Source: Eledone cirrhosa
Taxonomy: Eukaryota
Length of the DNA: 64,000 bases
Assembly: GCA_964016885.1 (NCBI GenBank)
Contig: OZ024740.1
Location: 92,380,001 to 92,444,000 of the forward strand
Reading direction: 5' to 3'
Numbering within the stretch: position 1 is the stretch's first letter; each line of letters opens with the position of its first letter. Below are positions 1 to 13,547 of this stretch, piece after piece. The notes beneath the pieces were generated by a model, which saw only the letters and a list, made by a program, of their open reading frames with translations, was not told where the DNA came from and ran no database searches. A program made the translations under genes and the position numbers.

Positions 1-243
1 CGTAAGTATGCTTGTGCGCGTGTGTGTGTGTGTGTGTGAGAGAGAGTGCGTGTCAGAAGTTATTACTATACGCAAATGTGGGAGCCAGATGCTCTATCAT
101 GTTAAAACTGGTATTTGTGTTTGTATGTGTGTGCGAGAGAGAATAAGTTGAGGTGTATGTGTGCGCGTGTGCGTGTGTGTGTACGTGTGTGTGTGCGTGT
201 GTTTCTGTGAGAGGGGGGTGTAAGTGTGGGGCTAGGTGCTCTA

Positions 244-2256
244 TCATGTTATAAATTGGGGGTTGAGTCCTAGTTTATTATTGATTGGTGGTTGTGTTTT
301 GTCTATAATCAGTGCTTCCTTAATTCTAAGATTGCCGAGATTTCTTTCCTTAGTTTCGATCCTAACTGTTATGTTTTTGTCGGTGTTTTTGCATCTCACT
401 AGGTATTGAGGTGTTCTCTTGGTATTGAGGGGTACTTTTATTCTTATGTGAAGTGGTATGGTGGTGCTACCTGCGTAGAAATTGCTGCATTTGTCGCACT
501 CTAATCTGTATACGACATACGCCTGGTGGCATAGGTATGTGTCGTTGATGGGGCGGTTGGCTAGCCTGCAGCGGCTGTCATGTCTGGTGGAGTGTCTTTT
601 GGTTATCTGTCCGCGTAGAGAAGATCGTGAGTGGGCTAGTTGGATATCTAGTCCCTCTCGTCTGATAGCTCTTCGGATAGCTGTTGTTGTTTCTTCACTG
701 AAATGTTGGAGCTTCAGGAAGCAGGTGTTAGTGCCTCGGGTGTGGTGGCCTCTGTTCTTTCTAGCATGGTTGGCGGTGGAAGTCGGGTATCCGTTCAGTA
801 TGAGTACTTCCACGAAATGTGTGGTGTGTGTGTCTCGGTCTTTTGCGTCGGTGCATTTGTTCCGGATACGTATCAGTTCGTTCCTTATGTATCCGAACTT
901 AGCGCCGGCTGGGAGGGCCGATCTGAAATGTACGAACAGGTTGCTGCTGGCGGCTTTTTTTATAGAAGCAGGTGTGGATGTTGCCTTCCTCTGTTAGCCA
1001 GAGTTGGAAGTCCAGTAGGGATAGGGATCCGCGGTCATCGGGGTGTTCCATGCTGAACTCTATACTGGCGTCCATGCTGGAAAATGTCGTGTATATTTTA
1101 TCCGCCTCCTCACCGGATGATGTAAGGATGAGTATGTCATCTACATATTGGATGAAGTAGGTATGGGAATGGCAGGTGTTGAGGGCTCGGCATTCTATCT
1201 GTTCAAATAGGTGATGGCCAGAGAGGCCCGATAGGGTGGATCACATGGGTAATCCTGTTGTCTGTCTGTATGTTTGGTGTGGAATGTGAAGTACGTGTTA
1301 TCTACTGTGAAGGACAAAAGCTGGTGTATGTCCATCGGATGGAGGCCATAGCAGTGGATGTCCTCTGCGACCAGGCAGTCCGTCAATAAATCGACAGCGG
1401 GATGAGCGGTGACTGTAGTGTAGAGGGAGGCAACGTCGAGGCTAAAGGCGTATCTATTTTGTTTAAGATGTTCTGGCTTGAGTTGGAGTAGTCTACGTAT
1501 GACTTCGTCGGAGCTACTGACATGCCGCGAAAGGTGGAGAGTAGAGGCTTGAGGACCTGAGTGAGGAGCCAAGAGATTTTGTATAGGGGTCCTTCTATGC
1601 TAGAGACCATGGGTCTTATTTGTGCTTAGTACTATTCTTGTGGGTCTTGATGTGGTGACAGAAAATGGCAGTCTGCTATTTCTAGTGGTATAGTTGAGCT
1701 TAACTTTATTTGGGAGTGTCTTCTCCTACATATGTCATACCAGATGGAGTTGGCCTGATTTTCGATCTGGGCTACAGTCATGTCCGGGATCTCTGTATAT
1801 AGTTCGTTGTCGCTTAGGTCTTCAAAAGCTAGTTTGTTGTATGTGGTTTGAGAGAGACAAAACAATCTTTACCTTTGTCGGATGGTAAGTATATAAGTTC
1901 CCTACTCCATAGGTTCTTCAGGCCGAATTGTTGTGTACTTGAGGGGTTAGGGTCTATCTTCTTCTGTTTCCGTAAGATGTTAAATACGGAATGTTTTAGC
2001 CTCAAGATTTTTCTTCAAGCTCGCGGTTTGCAGGCGGTGGACAGAGTGGGCGATCCAGTTGGTATATCGGGAATCTGGGTTTGTTAGATACCGTGGTATT
2101 GTTGCCGAGAATCGATATCCATTTTAGTTGGTACGCGGCCCGACAGAAATTCGCTTCTATGTCGAGCCATAATTTGTCGTCCAGTCGCTGTTTCAATATG
2201 AACTTGGGACGCAGGCTGAGGAGGTATAATTCCTCTCGGGAACGGGATCCTGTCAA
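244..2256 (-). pseudogene. Disrupted PLE reverse transcriptase-GIY-YIG endonuclease ORF
   Basis: Successive frameshifted ORFs 2002-2256, 1632-1865, 1383-1610, 1195-1572 and 244-813 with PLE-type motifs. Confidence 0.85.
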
Positions 2257-2729
2257 GTCTGTGACGAGGTGCTTTGCGTCAGGTGTGTTGTAGGTCGAGA
2301 CGCCGCTAGGTTCGGTGTTGCTACCGTCTTGTTCGCCCCTGTTCGTGCCTAGTGTTCAGTTGCTTTTAAGACGGTTAGCCGTGCTGGGTTTGAGACATTT
2401 TTTGTGTGTGCACACACACACGCTAACACCTCCACTTATTCTCTCTCACACACACAAAGACCAGTTTTAACAGGATAGAGCATCTATCCCCTATATTTAC
2501 GTATAGCCATATCTTCTCACAAACACACACACACACACACGCATACTTACGCTTTCACGTATTCTCCCACACACTTACACATACATGTACAAAACCCCCT
2601 TTTAAAGGGAGACTACTCTTTATCCACCTAACCTTCACTCTTTGACATTAGAGATAGAATGGAATATCTATACCATTTCCTCTCAGCATGACTCGGCAAG
2701 CTAATTAGAATGCTGGATTAACCACTTTA

Positions 2730-2772
2730 CTTCCCTCCGAAGAAGAGATATTATCTCGAAAATTAAGGATAG
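2730..2772 (+). ncRNA. Degenerate minimal hammerhead-ribozyme-like motif in P1 pLTR
   Basis: CCGAAGA (variant of CUGAnGA, 2737-2743), palindromic stem II GAGATA-T-TATCTC, GAAA (2758-2761). Confidence 0.5.
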
Positions 2773-2864
2773 TTAAATAAATTTAAGATAAAAGACTAAT
2801 TGTCAACAATATATTTTGCATTTGCATTTATATTCTATATCCATACCTGCATTGTCTTAGCCTT

Positions 2865-2904
<40 letters not shown>

Positions 2905-3206
2905 CATATTATATATATATATTGATGGATGATAGATTGATTGATAGATATATATATCAGATTCCAATCATTGTAAGTTTGAATCTGACATGCCAAAACA
3001 TATAAAGATAGATATCAATAAATTAGCTCCAAGTCATCGTAGATTTAATATGACAGAGAGAAAGAGGGAAGGTGGGGGTGAAATGAGGTACTACAGAAAT
3101 GAAACAAAATAGATGAGAGATACAACGAAGATTTAGTTTATAGAACACCAAAATGATTTAGAAGCCGTATTTAAGTAGGAGCAATAACATTATGAAAGAC
3201 ATGAAC

Positions 3207-3511
3207 ATTTTGAAAGTGGGTTTATAAATATTAATTTTAAATATAAATATAAATATGAATTTCGTACTGCGGACGATAAAGATCCTGGTCTTGGGTTCAA
3301 TCCTGGTCAAGAGGTACATGTAATCCTTTTATATTTTCTTTCACATCCCATACCCCCCAAAAAATGAAAAAACGTTTACCGGGAACCCTATTCCCCACGA
3401 GGATCGAACTTCTGATCAGGTTTACCGCCTTCTATGATTCCTCCAGTTAGGTCACCGATACAGCTACAACATTTTAATGGAAATTAATATTTATAAACCA
3501 AATTTCAAAAT
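3207..3511. mobile_element. MITE-like foldback element
   Basis: 31-bp terminal inverted repeats (3207-3237 / 3481-3511, 29/31 match); inward-facing B-box-like motifs at 3293-3303 and 3401-3409. Confidence 0.5.
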
Positions 3512-3650
3512 CAAAGTTAAAAAGATCATGGTTTACCTAGAGCTATTATTCATATCTAGAGTCAACTTGTCAATCTTGTTGACAACCTTATTATTCCTAT
3601 ATGTGTTTAAATGTTGAGTTAATTTTATTTGATTGTTTTTAACAAACAAA

Positions 3651-3651
3651 T

Positions 3652-3682
<31 letters not shown>

Positions 3683-3695
3683 CTCTCTCTCTCTA

Positions 3696-3731
<36 letters not shown>

Positions 3732-3840
3732 CAATGTCAATTAGATCCCTAGGGTTTATTTTATAAGTTGAAAACGTATCACGTCTACATATATATCAGT
3801 CTACATATAGACTTGTACATGCACACATATACACACACTC

Positions 3841-3881
<41 letters not shown>
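3651..3881. repeat. (CT)n and (TA)n microsatellites
   Basis: Direct reading. Confidence 0.95.
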
Positions 3882-3884
<3 letters not shown>

Positions 3885-6574
3885 AGTGAGTGTGAAATGC
3901 CAAATGTCATTATTGAGAGTATCTGGATTTCGCAAAATACATATTTTTTATCGGAGTAGGCAAGATTTTTTTTCCGCAAAAATGTGATGGCACTGGTTTC
4001 TTCCACTTATGTATTTTCTGAAATTGTTATTTATTCATTACAAAAAATTAGATAATACAATTATATATCTATGTGGGCCCATTTCATCTCCTGGCAACAA
4101 ATATCTTTAGACCCAGGCCTCCACTGCATATTATCGAACAATGTCGCATAATGATTCTCAAAAAACTTAAATTAAGAATGATTGAAAATATACAAATGAA
4201 TATCATGTACAACTGAAAGCAATAAATACGAAACTACATATATTAAATTTGGAATTATATGAAATGTTTGTCAATGAAGAATATTTGATAGAAAGCATCA
4301 AGCCCGTAGAAATGGCAAAACACACACCCAATTCGCTCTCACCATTTCACGAAGGAAAAATGCATTTTCCCTTTGGAGCTAATTGCATAAACGATTTTCT
4401 AAAGAAAAATACAAAACAAAACCCCACAAAATTATGGTATTCATGAAATCAAACTTTACCGTTTCTACCTCTGGGCATCAGCACGTCAATAAAATACTGC
4501 TTAGTATTAAACCCTCTTAAATTACAATACTCACGTATTAGGAATACTCGTTGATAATTATTTAAAACATATTATTAGATGAAACCTACCTATCAAACTA
4601 CCAAGCTACCCTTTATTTCAGTGAAGCGAAGACTATTAAGTAGGAGCTGCAAGACTTTAATGTTTGGGAGGGTTGTCTGAACATAAGGTGTCAAATGTAC
4701 TGTTTTAACAATGATGTTGCAATATTGTATGTTTTAACATGTCCAGCATTCGAATTCATGGAAAATTCATTTGATTACGAGCTTTACTGCAAAACCAATC
4801 CAACATGTTTTGCACGACGTCTATAAGTAAACTTAAATAAGTAACGCATGTTATGAAAAGGACACTTATTAGTTGTATTTTCAATAACCCATAATGTTGA
4901 TGTTCCGAAACAATGTCTTTCTGTATTTCTATTTATACGTGATCTCTCAACATATTGAAAATAAGATAGAATATATTCGATCGAACAGATATGATTAAAT
5001 TGAAAGAAAATAATTTCCCTCGTCAGTTTGCTTTTGAATGGTAGCTTCACACAGATCAGCTATATTTTCCAAACATATAATGTAACTCGAAGCAGTAAAC
5101 AAATATCTAATTATGATACGAATATGGATCACGATCATATATTCCAGGTTAAATATAGATGATTTTAATTGTTTCATTTCACCTAAGAATAAAAATTGCG
5201 TTTTTCTTTTCTTTCCTTATCTATTTCTATATTTGCATGCACAAATAAATGCATGTATACTTACTTGCATGCATGAGTACAGATATATTTGTATTTGTAA
5301 GTAGTTTACATTTAAAGTGTTATCATCACATTGAGGACATATTGGACTCTAAAATATCATACATCAGGGATTTGTTTAAGTCCGTTATATATTTCCACTA
5401 ACTAATGACGTATGAATCACATACGATATCTGATACTCACTCAGGTTCCACCGAATAAAACATATGTACAAATAGAGCCACCCTGAAGAGATTAAAAGGT
5501 ATATTAGCTATAATATACTGATCTGATTAAACCTTAAAGAAGGTTGTAGCCACTATTATGCTAAGAAGTATTGTCATTATATATATATATGTATATATAT
5601 GTGTGTATGTATGTGTGTGTTTGTGTATATGCAGAATAATAAATTGGTACTATTAAATACACCGTTAGGATACATTAGTGTTTTTATTTATATTACATAT
5701 CATGATGTGGACATATTCGCTATAATTGAAGTCTGACACAGACGTAACGACGCTCAATTAGTCTATTAATATATGCAATATACAATAGCATTTCTATAGG
5801 CAGATTGTATTAATTATATACGACAATAATACGAAATAAGTAAGCCCGAATGTCATAATACAATTAGTCCCTTACAGGTCAAACTGCAAATTTACCATCA
5901 ACCGGGGACTGCGAAAATGATTTAAATAACTTAAATACTAACGTTCGTAATGAAAATTACACATTATTTTCAGATATTTTTATTATCTTGACGATAACTA
6001 TTTCCAATTTGTATAGGAATTAAGCAATGATGAATTTGGGGTTTTATAACAGTTAATTGAATTGGCACCTTCTTTGAAGGCAAGAAATTCTAGTTATCCT
6101 CTGGGATATCAACAATAAATAAAGGTTGATTAAACCAGATTTGACGTCACTTGTGTCAATGGTGCTAGACCTGAAGGAAAACTCAAATTGAATATTTAAA
6201 ATTGAAAATGTTCATGATTGAAAATGCTATCGGTTGTTTACTAAAGAAATGCAAGGAATCCGCTGTTAGCAATGACATATTAATATATGGAAATGTAAAA
6301 TGCTAAAGACGTTTTTATTTCTATTGAGTATCGTAGATTTATCGAAATGCAATATTTCACGATAGGTTTCATATCATAAAGAGTAATGCCATTTTTTAGA
6401 AATTCCTAAAACAAGTAAGCTATTCTCATAAATGTACCATGTAGCATTAAGTATATATGTTTATATGAGAATTCTCACTGCATTAATCACAATTGCTTAT
6501 TCATAGAAAGTGGAAAATCAGAAATAGAATATGTGCAATATATTAATGTATAAAGCATTGTAAAAATATTATAT

Positions 6575-8810
6575 AATGCTTTCTTTATTAACCACAAGGT
6601 TTGACACAAATTATAACATTAAGGGCAGCACAGTGAAATACAGGACGGTAGAAATGGGCATTTATGCGTGTAAAAAACAAAAACAGAGGATATATACACA
6701 TAACAGAAACAATGACAAATTCACCAATAGAGGGGGGGGGGGTTTCCGGGGTCACTCGTGGGGAAAGCTCACAAAACAGCCACGATTACCCTGATCGCTA
6801 GGGCAAGCGCCCTCTTCCAGTTTTCCCGCTACGCTGCTACAGGCACATGCTCAGGGTAGGCCCATTCACTCGGGCCGTTCTTGCCTCTCTCACCGACATC
6901 AAACAAATAGGCTCGAAGGCAGCACTTCCCTCCCCACCCTGATTTTCCTTTTCAGGTGAAACCTGAAAAAGTTAACGAGGGCTTCACCGAAAAGGAAGGT
7001 ACCCGTACTCAACCTTCCAGCTGCGTCAACCATACGATCTATTTAACCGTGGCCACCATGCAGATAAAACCTGCCTGCTCTTCCGGCTAAAGGAAGACGG
7101 TGGTGTGATCCTCACGATGGACTCAGCAGATAGCCGGACCCGTCCTACACGCAACAAGTGTTTGACATAAATCCACAAGTCACCAATGCTCGGACACTGG
7201 CTGAGTGCATGCAAGAAGACTTCGTTGCCCTGCGCGCATCTCGGACAGGCCTGACAGATGGCACTCTCCAAGGGCCCCAGCTCGAAAGTTCGCCTGAAAA
7301 GATTGGCTAGTTGATTTTCGCGAACGACCAGCGTCTCCCCAAGTACGTCGTCTCACATTCCCTCCATTTAACATCTATAAAACGCCAAGGTTGAGTTTCC
7401 ACCGATCGGATTTCCCAATAGGTCAAGGGCTGTAAGCGCCTGAAGACATTCCAGTCTCCAAGCGCTGAATCTTGGTCTTCGATTGTGCCAGGACGGCAGC
7501 CCCGTCAAGGAGACGAGCTGGGGAAACACGCCTCTAATAAACGTTGACCAAAACTATTCATCGTCGAGGATGAGATGGAAATGCCATAGCATGAGCGCAT
7601 GTCTGCGCATCATTAGCCACGGCACGCCCAGCCCTCCGCTAGTGGGTGTTGACAGCAGATGGACCGTTTGACCGTAGGAGCGTGTCCATTCCACAAAAAA
7701 CGAAAGAGCAAACGCTCCAGGGCAGTCAGGCTTTCGCCAACTCCACTCGACTTTTCAGGCATAGCTTCCTCTCGGCCCATTTCTGGGTTAGGGAGGTCAC
7801 CCAGCTCATCACCTATTCCCAGTTTTTCTCCATGTGGATATCCGTGCCGGACCAGACCACTAGCAATTTAGCCGCTTTGTAAATCCAGCGCCCGACGATG
7901 CTGCTGGAGGGCATGGCCTGCCTCTCCAGGTGCCGAGCTGCAGGCCCACCGCCTTTTCCTGGTTGATCATTGCTGCTGTCACCGCCTCGTATTCTCTTAG
8001 TGTGGTGATGATCACCTCGAACGATTCAGATACCCCACTAATCCAGATCCACCCGATGGTTCGAGAGCACCCGGGAAGGGCACTCCTAACTTCCTTAAAT
8101 TCAACAGTCTACAGGCGCATGATCAGTGTATGCCCAATCACACGGACCAATCTCGCCACTTTCACCAACCGTTCAGCAAATGTACTGGGGGGCATTGGCC
8201 CACATTGTAGCAAATGTACTCGGAGCAGCACTTCTCTTTCTACCCACACCTCCCTTTCCAAATGAAACTTGAAGAAGTAGATGAGTGATTGGCCGAAGAG
8301 TAAAGTGTCTTTCTTCAGTTTTTTCAACCTGGTTTGCCATCCAATCTCTTTCGTTACTGCCACCAGACAGAGGTACATTGCCTGCTTTTGCTGACTAAAC
8401 ATGTAAAAAAGGTGGTTGTTTGATCTTCCCTATGGACTCATTCAATATGGTGGTCCGTTCTTCTCGCGATAATAAATGTTACACTTAATTTTAAAAGTCA
8501 GTGATGTACGGATACTGGACGAGTGCGAGCATAAAGTTTTCGACGCTCTGCGCGCATCTCATACATGACTGTCTAATAGCACATCCGTGGCTGTAGTGTT
8601 TATGACCCAGAACAGATTGGTCAGTTCGACTTCGTCGACGCCCCGAACCTCTCTTAATGCGTTGACACACTTTCACACCACTAATACCGTCATCGAAATC
8701 ATGGCCAACACTTTGGACTTTAATTTACCTAGCAGAGATATGGGTTTACATTTGTCAATATTGTCCTTGTTTGGATCGTTTCTCAGCATCTCTAACACTC
8801 CACCTCTTAC
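6575..8810 (-). mobile_element. Tx1/L1-clade LINE fragments (at least two 3' portions, rearranged and degraded)
   Basis: Reverse complement matches the ORF2 C-terminus and 3' UTR of the + strand copies at 31-55 kb (CPRCAQ..HAL.QC zinc motif; 3' end CCTTGTGGTTAATAAAGAAA). A second 3' UTR-like segment lies near 8030-8100. Confidence 0.85.
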
Positions 8811-9319
8811 ATAACTGAATTCTCCCGTTCTACTGTCAGTTGTAATTGACATCTGCGAAGTCTGGTATGCAAATTAAAAGCCTGCAGTGTGGCCCATCGA
8901 AACAAGGTGACATAGACTTCGTACATTTATTTTTGAACTTCTGTATTAAAGTGGCTATCTATTAACGGCTGTTCGCTTACTCTGTTCGGTGGTTATGAGC
9001 CACGACAGGTCGTCGGGATTGACACTAATGTCTACCTAGTGATCAGCCACAGCCCGCTACCCTTTACGAAACCTCATCAATACTAATCTAATTACCTTTT
9101 TTCAGCTCGAATTGCCATGTGCTTTTGAAATTTGCACCTTTCAATGCCTGTCTTACTAATTTACTAATCAGGATTTTTTAATAGCTCTGCGACGAGAAGC
9201 GATCGGACATGCGCATCACACATTTGTCGTTGGTGTAATTGACTACTTTGAAAGGAGAACACCCTATGCTAGAATTATCTCCATATTTACAGAACACTTT
9301 ATCTAGATGTGATCTCTAT

Positions 9320-9521
9320 CCGGCATGTCAAACATTCTGCCCGAGAGCCACATACCGCTCCTTATAAGCGCACCTGTGGCCCGCACAAATATTTTTACAG
9401 CCCGAGCATATTTTATCTTCGTAATGTAAAATATTAAAAACATAGTTGTAATGTTGGCAATTAGTTGTCAACACATGTGTAACCCATGTGGTCCTCAGGG
9501 ACCCTCAGTTTGACAGGCCTG
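9320..9521. mobile_element. hAT (Charlie-like) MITE
   Basis: 14-bp TIRs CCGGCATGTCAAAC / GTTTGACAGGCCTG (12/14); imperfect 8-bp TSD ATCTCTAT / ATCTAAAT; internal GGCCCGC-type subterminal motifs. Confidence 0.72.
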
Positions 9522-11662
9522 ATCTAAATGACCCGATGTGATATAAGCATGGCAACGTGTGCGATTTTAAAAAATCCACAAATCTAAAAGCCTGAGTAGC
9601 CTTACAAAGAAGTTACATCCTCGTTCTCACTATGTTGGTTCAACACAGCCCGAAGGTGCGTCTAGGATACCTATTCAGTAGCCCCCCCCCCACTAACACT
9701 AAAATGTTGGACGTTCCCAGAATTATCTCGATACACCCGACGAAACAAGGCCGAGCTGCCCCTCAAAGGCTTAGAGGGCCATTCGCCCGAAGGCATAATC
9801 TCCGCTACTGTTCTGGTCGTTATCGATAATTAAAACATATTTATCCGTTCAACTATCTCTATACTTGTTTGCTTCATAAACTGAATCCTATTACATAAGA
9901 TGCTGCCTGGTGATATCACAAGACCTTTTGCGTATTTAATTTATCAAGTAGCGATAAACGCCATGGGAGGATGGAGAGAGTGAGCAAGAAAAATGTCTTA
10001 ATGATTGAATTAGAAATTATACAGAGATTCCTATGAAATGAAAATAGTTTCGAAAATACCTGAATGCATTAAAATCAAATGTTATAAGAATAATCAATAA
10101 CATAATTTATCCGCATGAATTAATCAGAAAATATATCAAATATTTTTTCTTCAGTTCTCTTTACTTTTCAAACAAATATATTTTAATATATTTCTCTTTG
10201 GTAATGTGAATTTACATTTGAACTATATTTGTTTTAGAAATTTCATTTTCTTTCATCTGGTTAAACAAATGTTGTCAGTACCAAGCATTTTTGCCTATAA
10301 TGCGGTATATTTGTTGTAATTGTTGCAGTCGTTTATCCTGTTCCTATGTCACTTTCTTAGTCTTAGTTTATTATAAATTAATGGATTAATTATTTATAAG
10401 AGTCAGTCAGACTCGGGATTGTTATGTCTCCTGGCTTTTTGCAGTAGGCTTCGTCAAGCCTCACTGGATAGAGCTGAGCATGGAAGCCTGCGCCGCCCGC
10501 GTCATGCTTTATTGCGACAGCATAAAATGGGAGGCGGCACTCACTATAATTACATGACAGTAGGTGGACACCGAAATAATACAAACTGGATCAGCGACAT
10601 TTGTGGGGGTCACATTCAGATGCGTGCACCCATTTCGTATCGTTCAATATTTTTATCTTGACAATTATTGGTCCAATATTCTCCACTTGTCTTCCATTCT
10701 TTCTTCTAAGCAATTCTACTTGCCAACACATTTCAACTCCTCTCTCAATCCATTCTGCGTTTCATTACCTATAATAACAACTTTCCTTCTTGATTTCCCG
10801 ACAATTGGCCACAAACTCCTATCTTTAGAATTATTGTTACCCGATTACAAGTTGGCATTCACGGAATTCGACTGTTTTTAGAGCCATTCCAGGCGATCGA
10901 GTTTTTAAATGATTTCTATAAATTAAAAAAAACTTTCACAATTTTCGAGGTCATGGTTTTTATTTAAGAATAAATACATTTTGATTAGGTATTTGTACTC
11001 CTGGGAAATGGCGTTTCCTAGTGCGAAAACAGATTTAGAAAGAGCGGTAAACGATTTTCTCACTGTGATTGGCTCGGTGCATAACGTTTCCCCACTTAAA
11101 AGAGCTTCATGTACAGTCATAGCTTGATATGTGATATTTCTTGCGATGCATGACATGCTGACCATAAGCAAGTACCTAGTATGACTAAAAACCTACACCT
11201 TGATGCTCATATTAAGCGATGGCATTTCACGAATTCGAGTTGCAGCCATCATCGTTATCAAATATATATATATGTTTTTGTTTTCCCACTTATTCCTGTG
11301 AGGACAGTGGCTGCAAGGTTATCAGATTCAAATTCCACATTGTTTTATCAGCCACATTCTTCTCTAAATGAGACAGAACGTGGTCTAGCAAAACCTAGCA
11401 AGCTCACGGTTATTATGCAATAAGTTTGTAATTCTTCAACTGGTTTCATTTGACTGCGAATATATCCCGCGATTCTTTCCATAGACTTTCTATCTACATA
11501 GTCTTGCAACTGTATTTTTCACATCGGGATGATGAAAAATAAAGGGTGTCTCCTTGTCTCAAGACGTACGTATTTTCTGGAATTGCATTACTTCATATCC
11601 GTTCCTAGGCAACCATTTAAGCTTTAATACGCACAATTACATTTACAATTTTTGCCCATTAA

Positions 11663-11852
11663 AACTTGTTTCTACTTTTTGGCACACGGCCATCAATTAT
11701 CCCAGTGAATTACTGGTACTTTATTTTCTTCACCCACATTAGGATGAAATGCAATGTAAACCTCGGCGGGATTTGAACTCAGAAAGGTAAGAACCGTAAC
11801 TCTATGCGTCAAATCATCGTGTCCGACGGATACTGCCAATCCACCACAACTA
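11663..11852 (-). mobile_element. tRNA-derived SINE with Nin/Deu-type core
   Basis: Reverse complement of the SINE at 63795-63985, including B-box GAGTTCAAATCC and AAAATAAAGTACCAGT. Confidence 0.8.
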
Positions 11853-12156
11853 TTGATCATTAATAATTATTTCTACGTTAGGCACAATCCCAGAAATTAT
11901 CCCAGTGTATTACTTGATCATTAATAATGAATTCGGGAGAGTTGTTGTCAGAAAACAATATATTTCTGTTTGGTTCTTTAGATAACGGATAGACATTGTG
12001 ATTTCCGCCGAATGAAGATTGAAAACAATTTAAAATTATGCATTATTTTCTTTTCAGTTTGCATGGAAATAATTAAACGGCATGTATACAGGTTTGCATA
12101 CTAAAATGTGTAAATACATATAGTTATAGTTACGCAGTGTCTATTATTTGTATTGA

Positions 12157-12157
<1 letters not shown>

Positions 12158-12229
<72 letters not shown>

Positions 12230-12397
12230 TATACATATGTCCCTCGTCTCTGATACCATCAACACTATAAACACAAGGCTGGCATATAAGAACTGACTAT
12301 CTGCCTTGATGAGGTCATAGCAATTCAATGGCTATCATCGAAATATATATAGCAGTAAATAAAGGATTATAAGTTCATGCAATTGACTTATGTTTAG

Positions 12398-12438
<41 letters not shown>

Positions 12439-12448
12439 GTATATATGA
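12158..12448. repeat. Two (TA)n tracts flanking a short insert
   Basis: Direct reading. Confidence 0.9.
12301..12355 (+). ncRNA. Minimal type I hammerhead-like motif in a putative solo PLE pLTR (~12225-12402)
   Basis: Stem I CTGC/GCAG; core CTTGATGA; stem II ATAGC..GCTAT; GAAA (12340-12343); palindromic TATATATA; AATAAA just downstream. Confidence 0.55.
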
Positions 12449-12867
12449 TAACTTTTTCGTCAGTCCAGTTCACAGTAAATTATAACTGAACAGACTATCA
12501 CAAGGAACGCTAAATATAAAAGCTAGTGCGAGCGTCCATTTGTGGATACTATTAAACATGATAGGTTACATAATTCCCTTGTCAACATTTTTACTTATAT
12601 GTCTTTAGATTATATACATTCTTACAGATGAAGCTAATTTAGTATTGGGAACACATATAAGCTGTTTAATTTTTTCTCTCACTACAATGTAAGACATATT
12701 TCGTATGGATAATGTTTCCATGCCGCTATACGTAAGCATTAGCTACATATTATAAAGGTTTTTGTACTTCAATTCTGTCTAAATTGATATATACATCTAT
12801 TATATAAATGGTACATGCATGCATACATGATAAATGAATGTTAGTGCACAAATAAATAAATAAATAA

Positions 12868-12915
<48 letters not shown>

Positions 12916-13547
12916 AAACCACCATCTTAAGAGCTAATCATATGAAATTTCGTAAGTCTATGCAATAGCAAAAAAAAAAAATCTACCGTCAATTACTTAT
13001 TTCCTTCTAGTTGTTTAGATGGTATCCAGATTTAAACCGGTTATATTGCTACACCGATCGATATAAGGAACTCTATTCATGTATCGACTAAATATTTATT
13101 GTTCCACGCAAAGCGAAGCATTGCTTACACAATGTGTTCTCTGAATTTATGTCACACTTTTATTTCATCGTTTATATTACCAGACTGCATTTGATGGAAG
13201 ATTTCTCAAATGTCAGTGGATTCAGTCGAGAGACACCGTCTTCAGATGATTCGTATAGATCTCCAAGCAGGACCAGCTGAACCAATGGATGTTATCGAAA
13301 CATCTTGATGAGGTCTAGACTTTAATCTCCTACCGGTTGGCCCGTAATATTTGTTCAGTGATTATTTCCTGAGATATTCTAACGACATGCACTATTTACA
13401 GTATATTGATATTTCTGTAAGTTCCTCCTTTAACTTTTACCAATCTCATATATAATTGTATTATAGAGAGAAGTTCACACAAAACGTTTAGATCATCAAT
13501 TTTATGTGGAAGTTGATATGACGTTATGAGTAACTCGTTTTCTATAA

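Larger units (their letters stand above)
1..2868 (-). mobile_element. Penelope-like retroelement (family P1), degraded, with inverted pseudo-LTR on its 5' side; 3' pLTR runs off the window start
   Basis: Minus-strand ORF fragments: RT motif SLDVASLYT (1195-1572) and GIY-YIG-type endonuclease YVVYRLECDKCSNFYAGSTT..LHIRIK..RIKEALII (244-813). Bases 1-120 are the reverse complement of ~2450-2550. The element ends at (TA)n at 2868. Confidence 0.88.

Noticed and set aside
4995-5190. Short minus-strand ORF after an acceptor-like TTCTTAG
   Set aside because: 60 aa, no motif, no supporting neighbouring exons.
13183-13420. Higher-complexity, exon-like segment (CAG..GTAAGT on +)
   Set aside because: Stops in every frame I translated on both strands; no recognisable domain.
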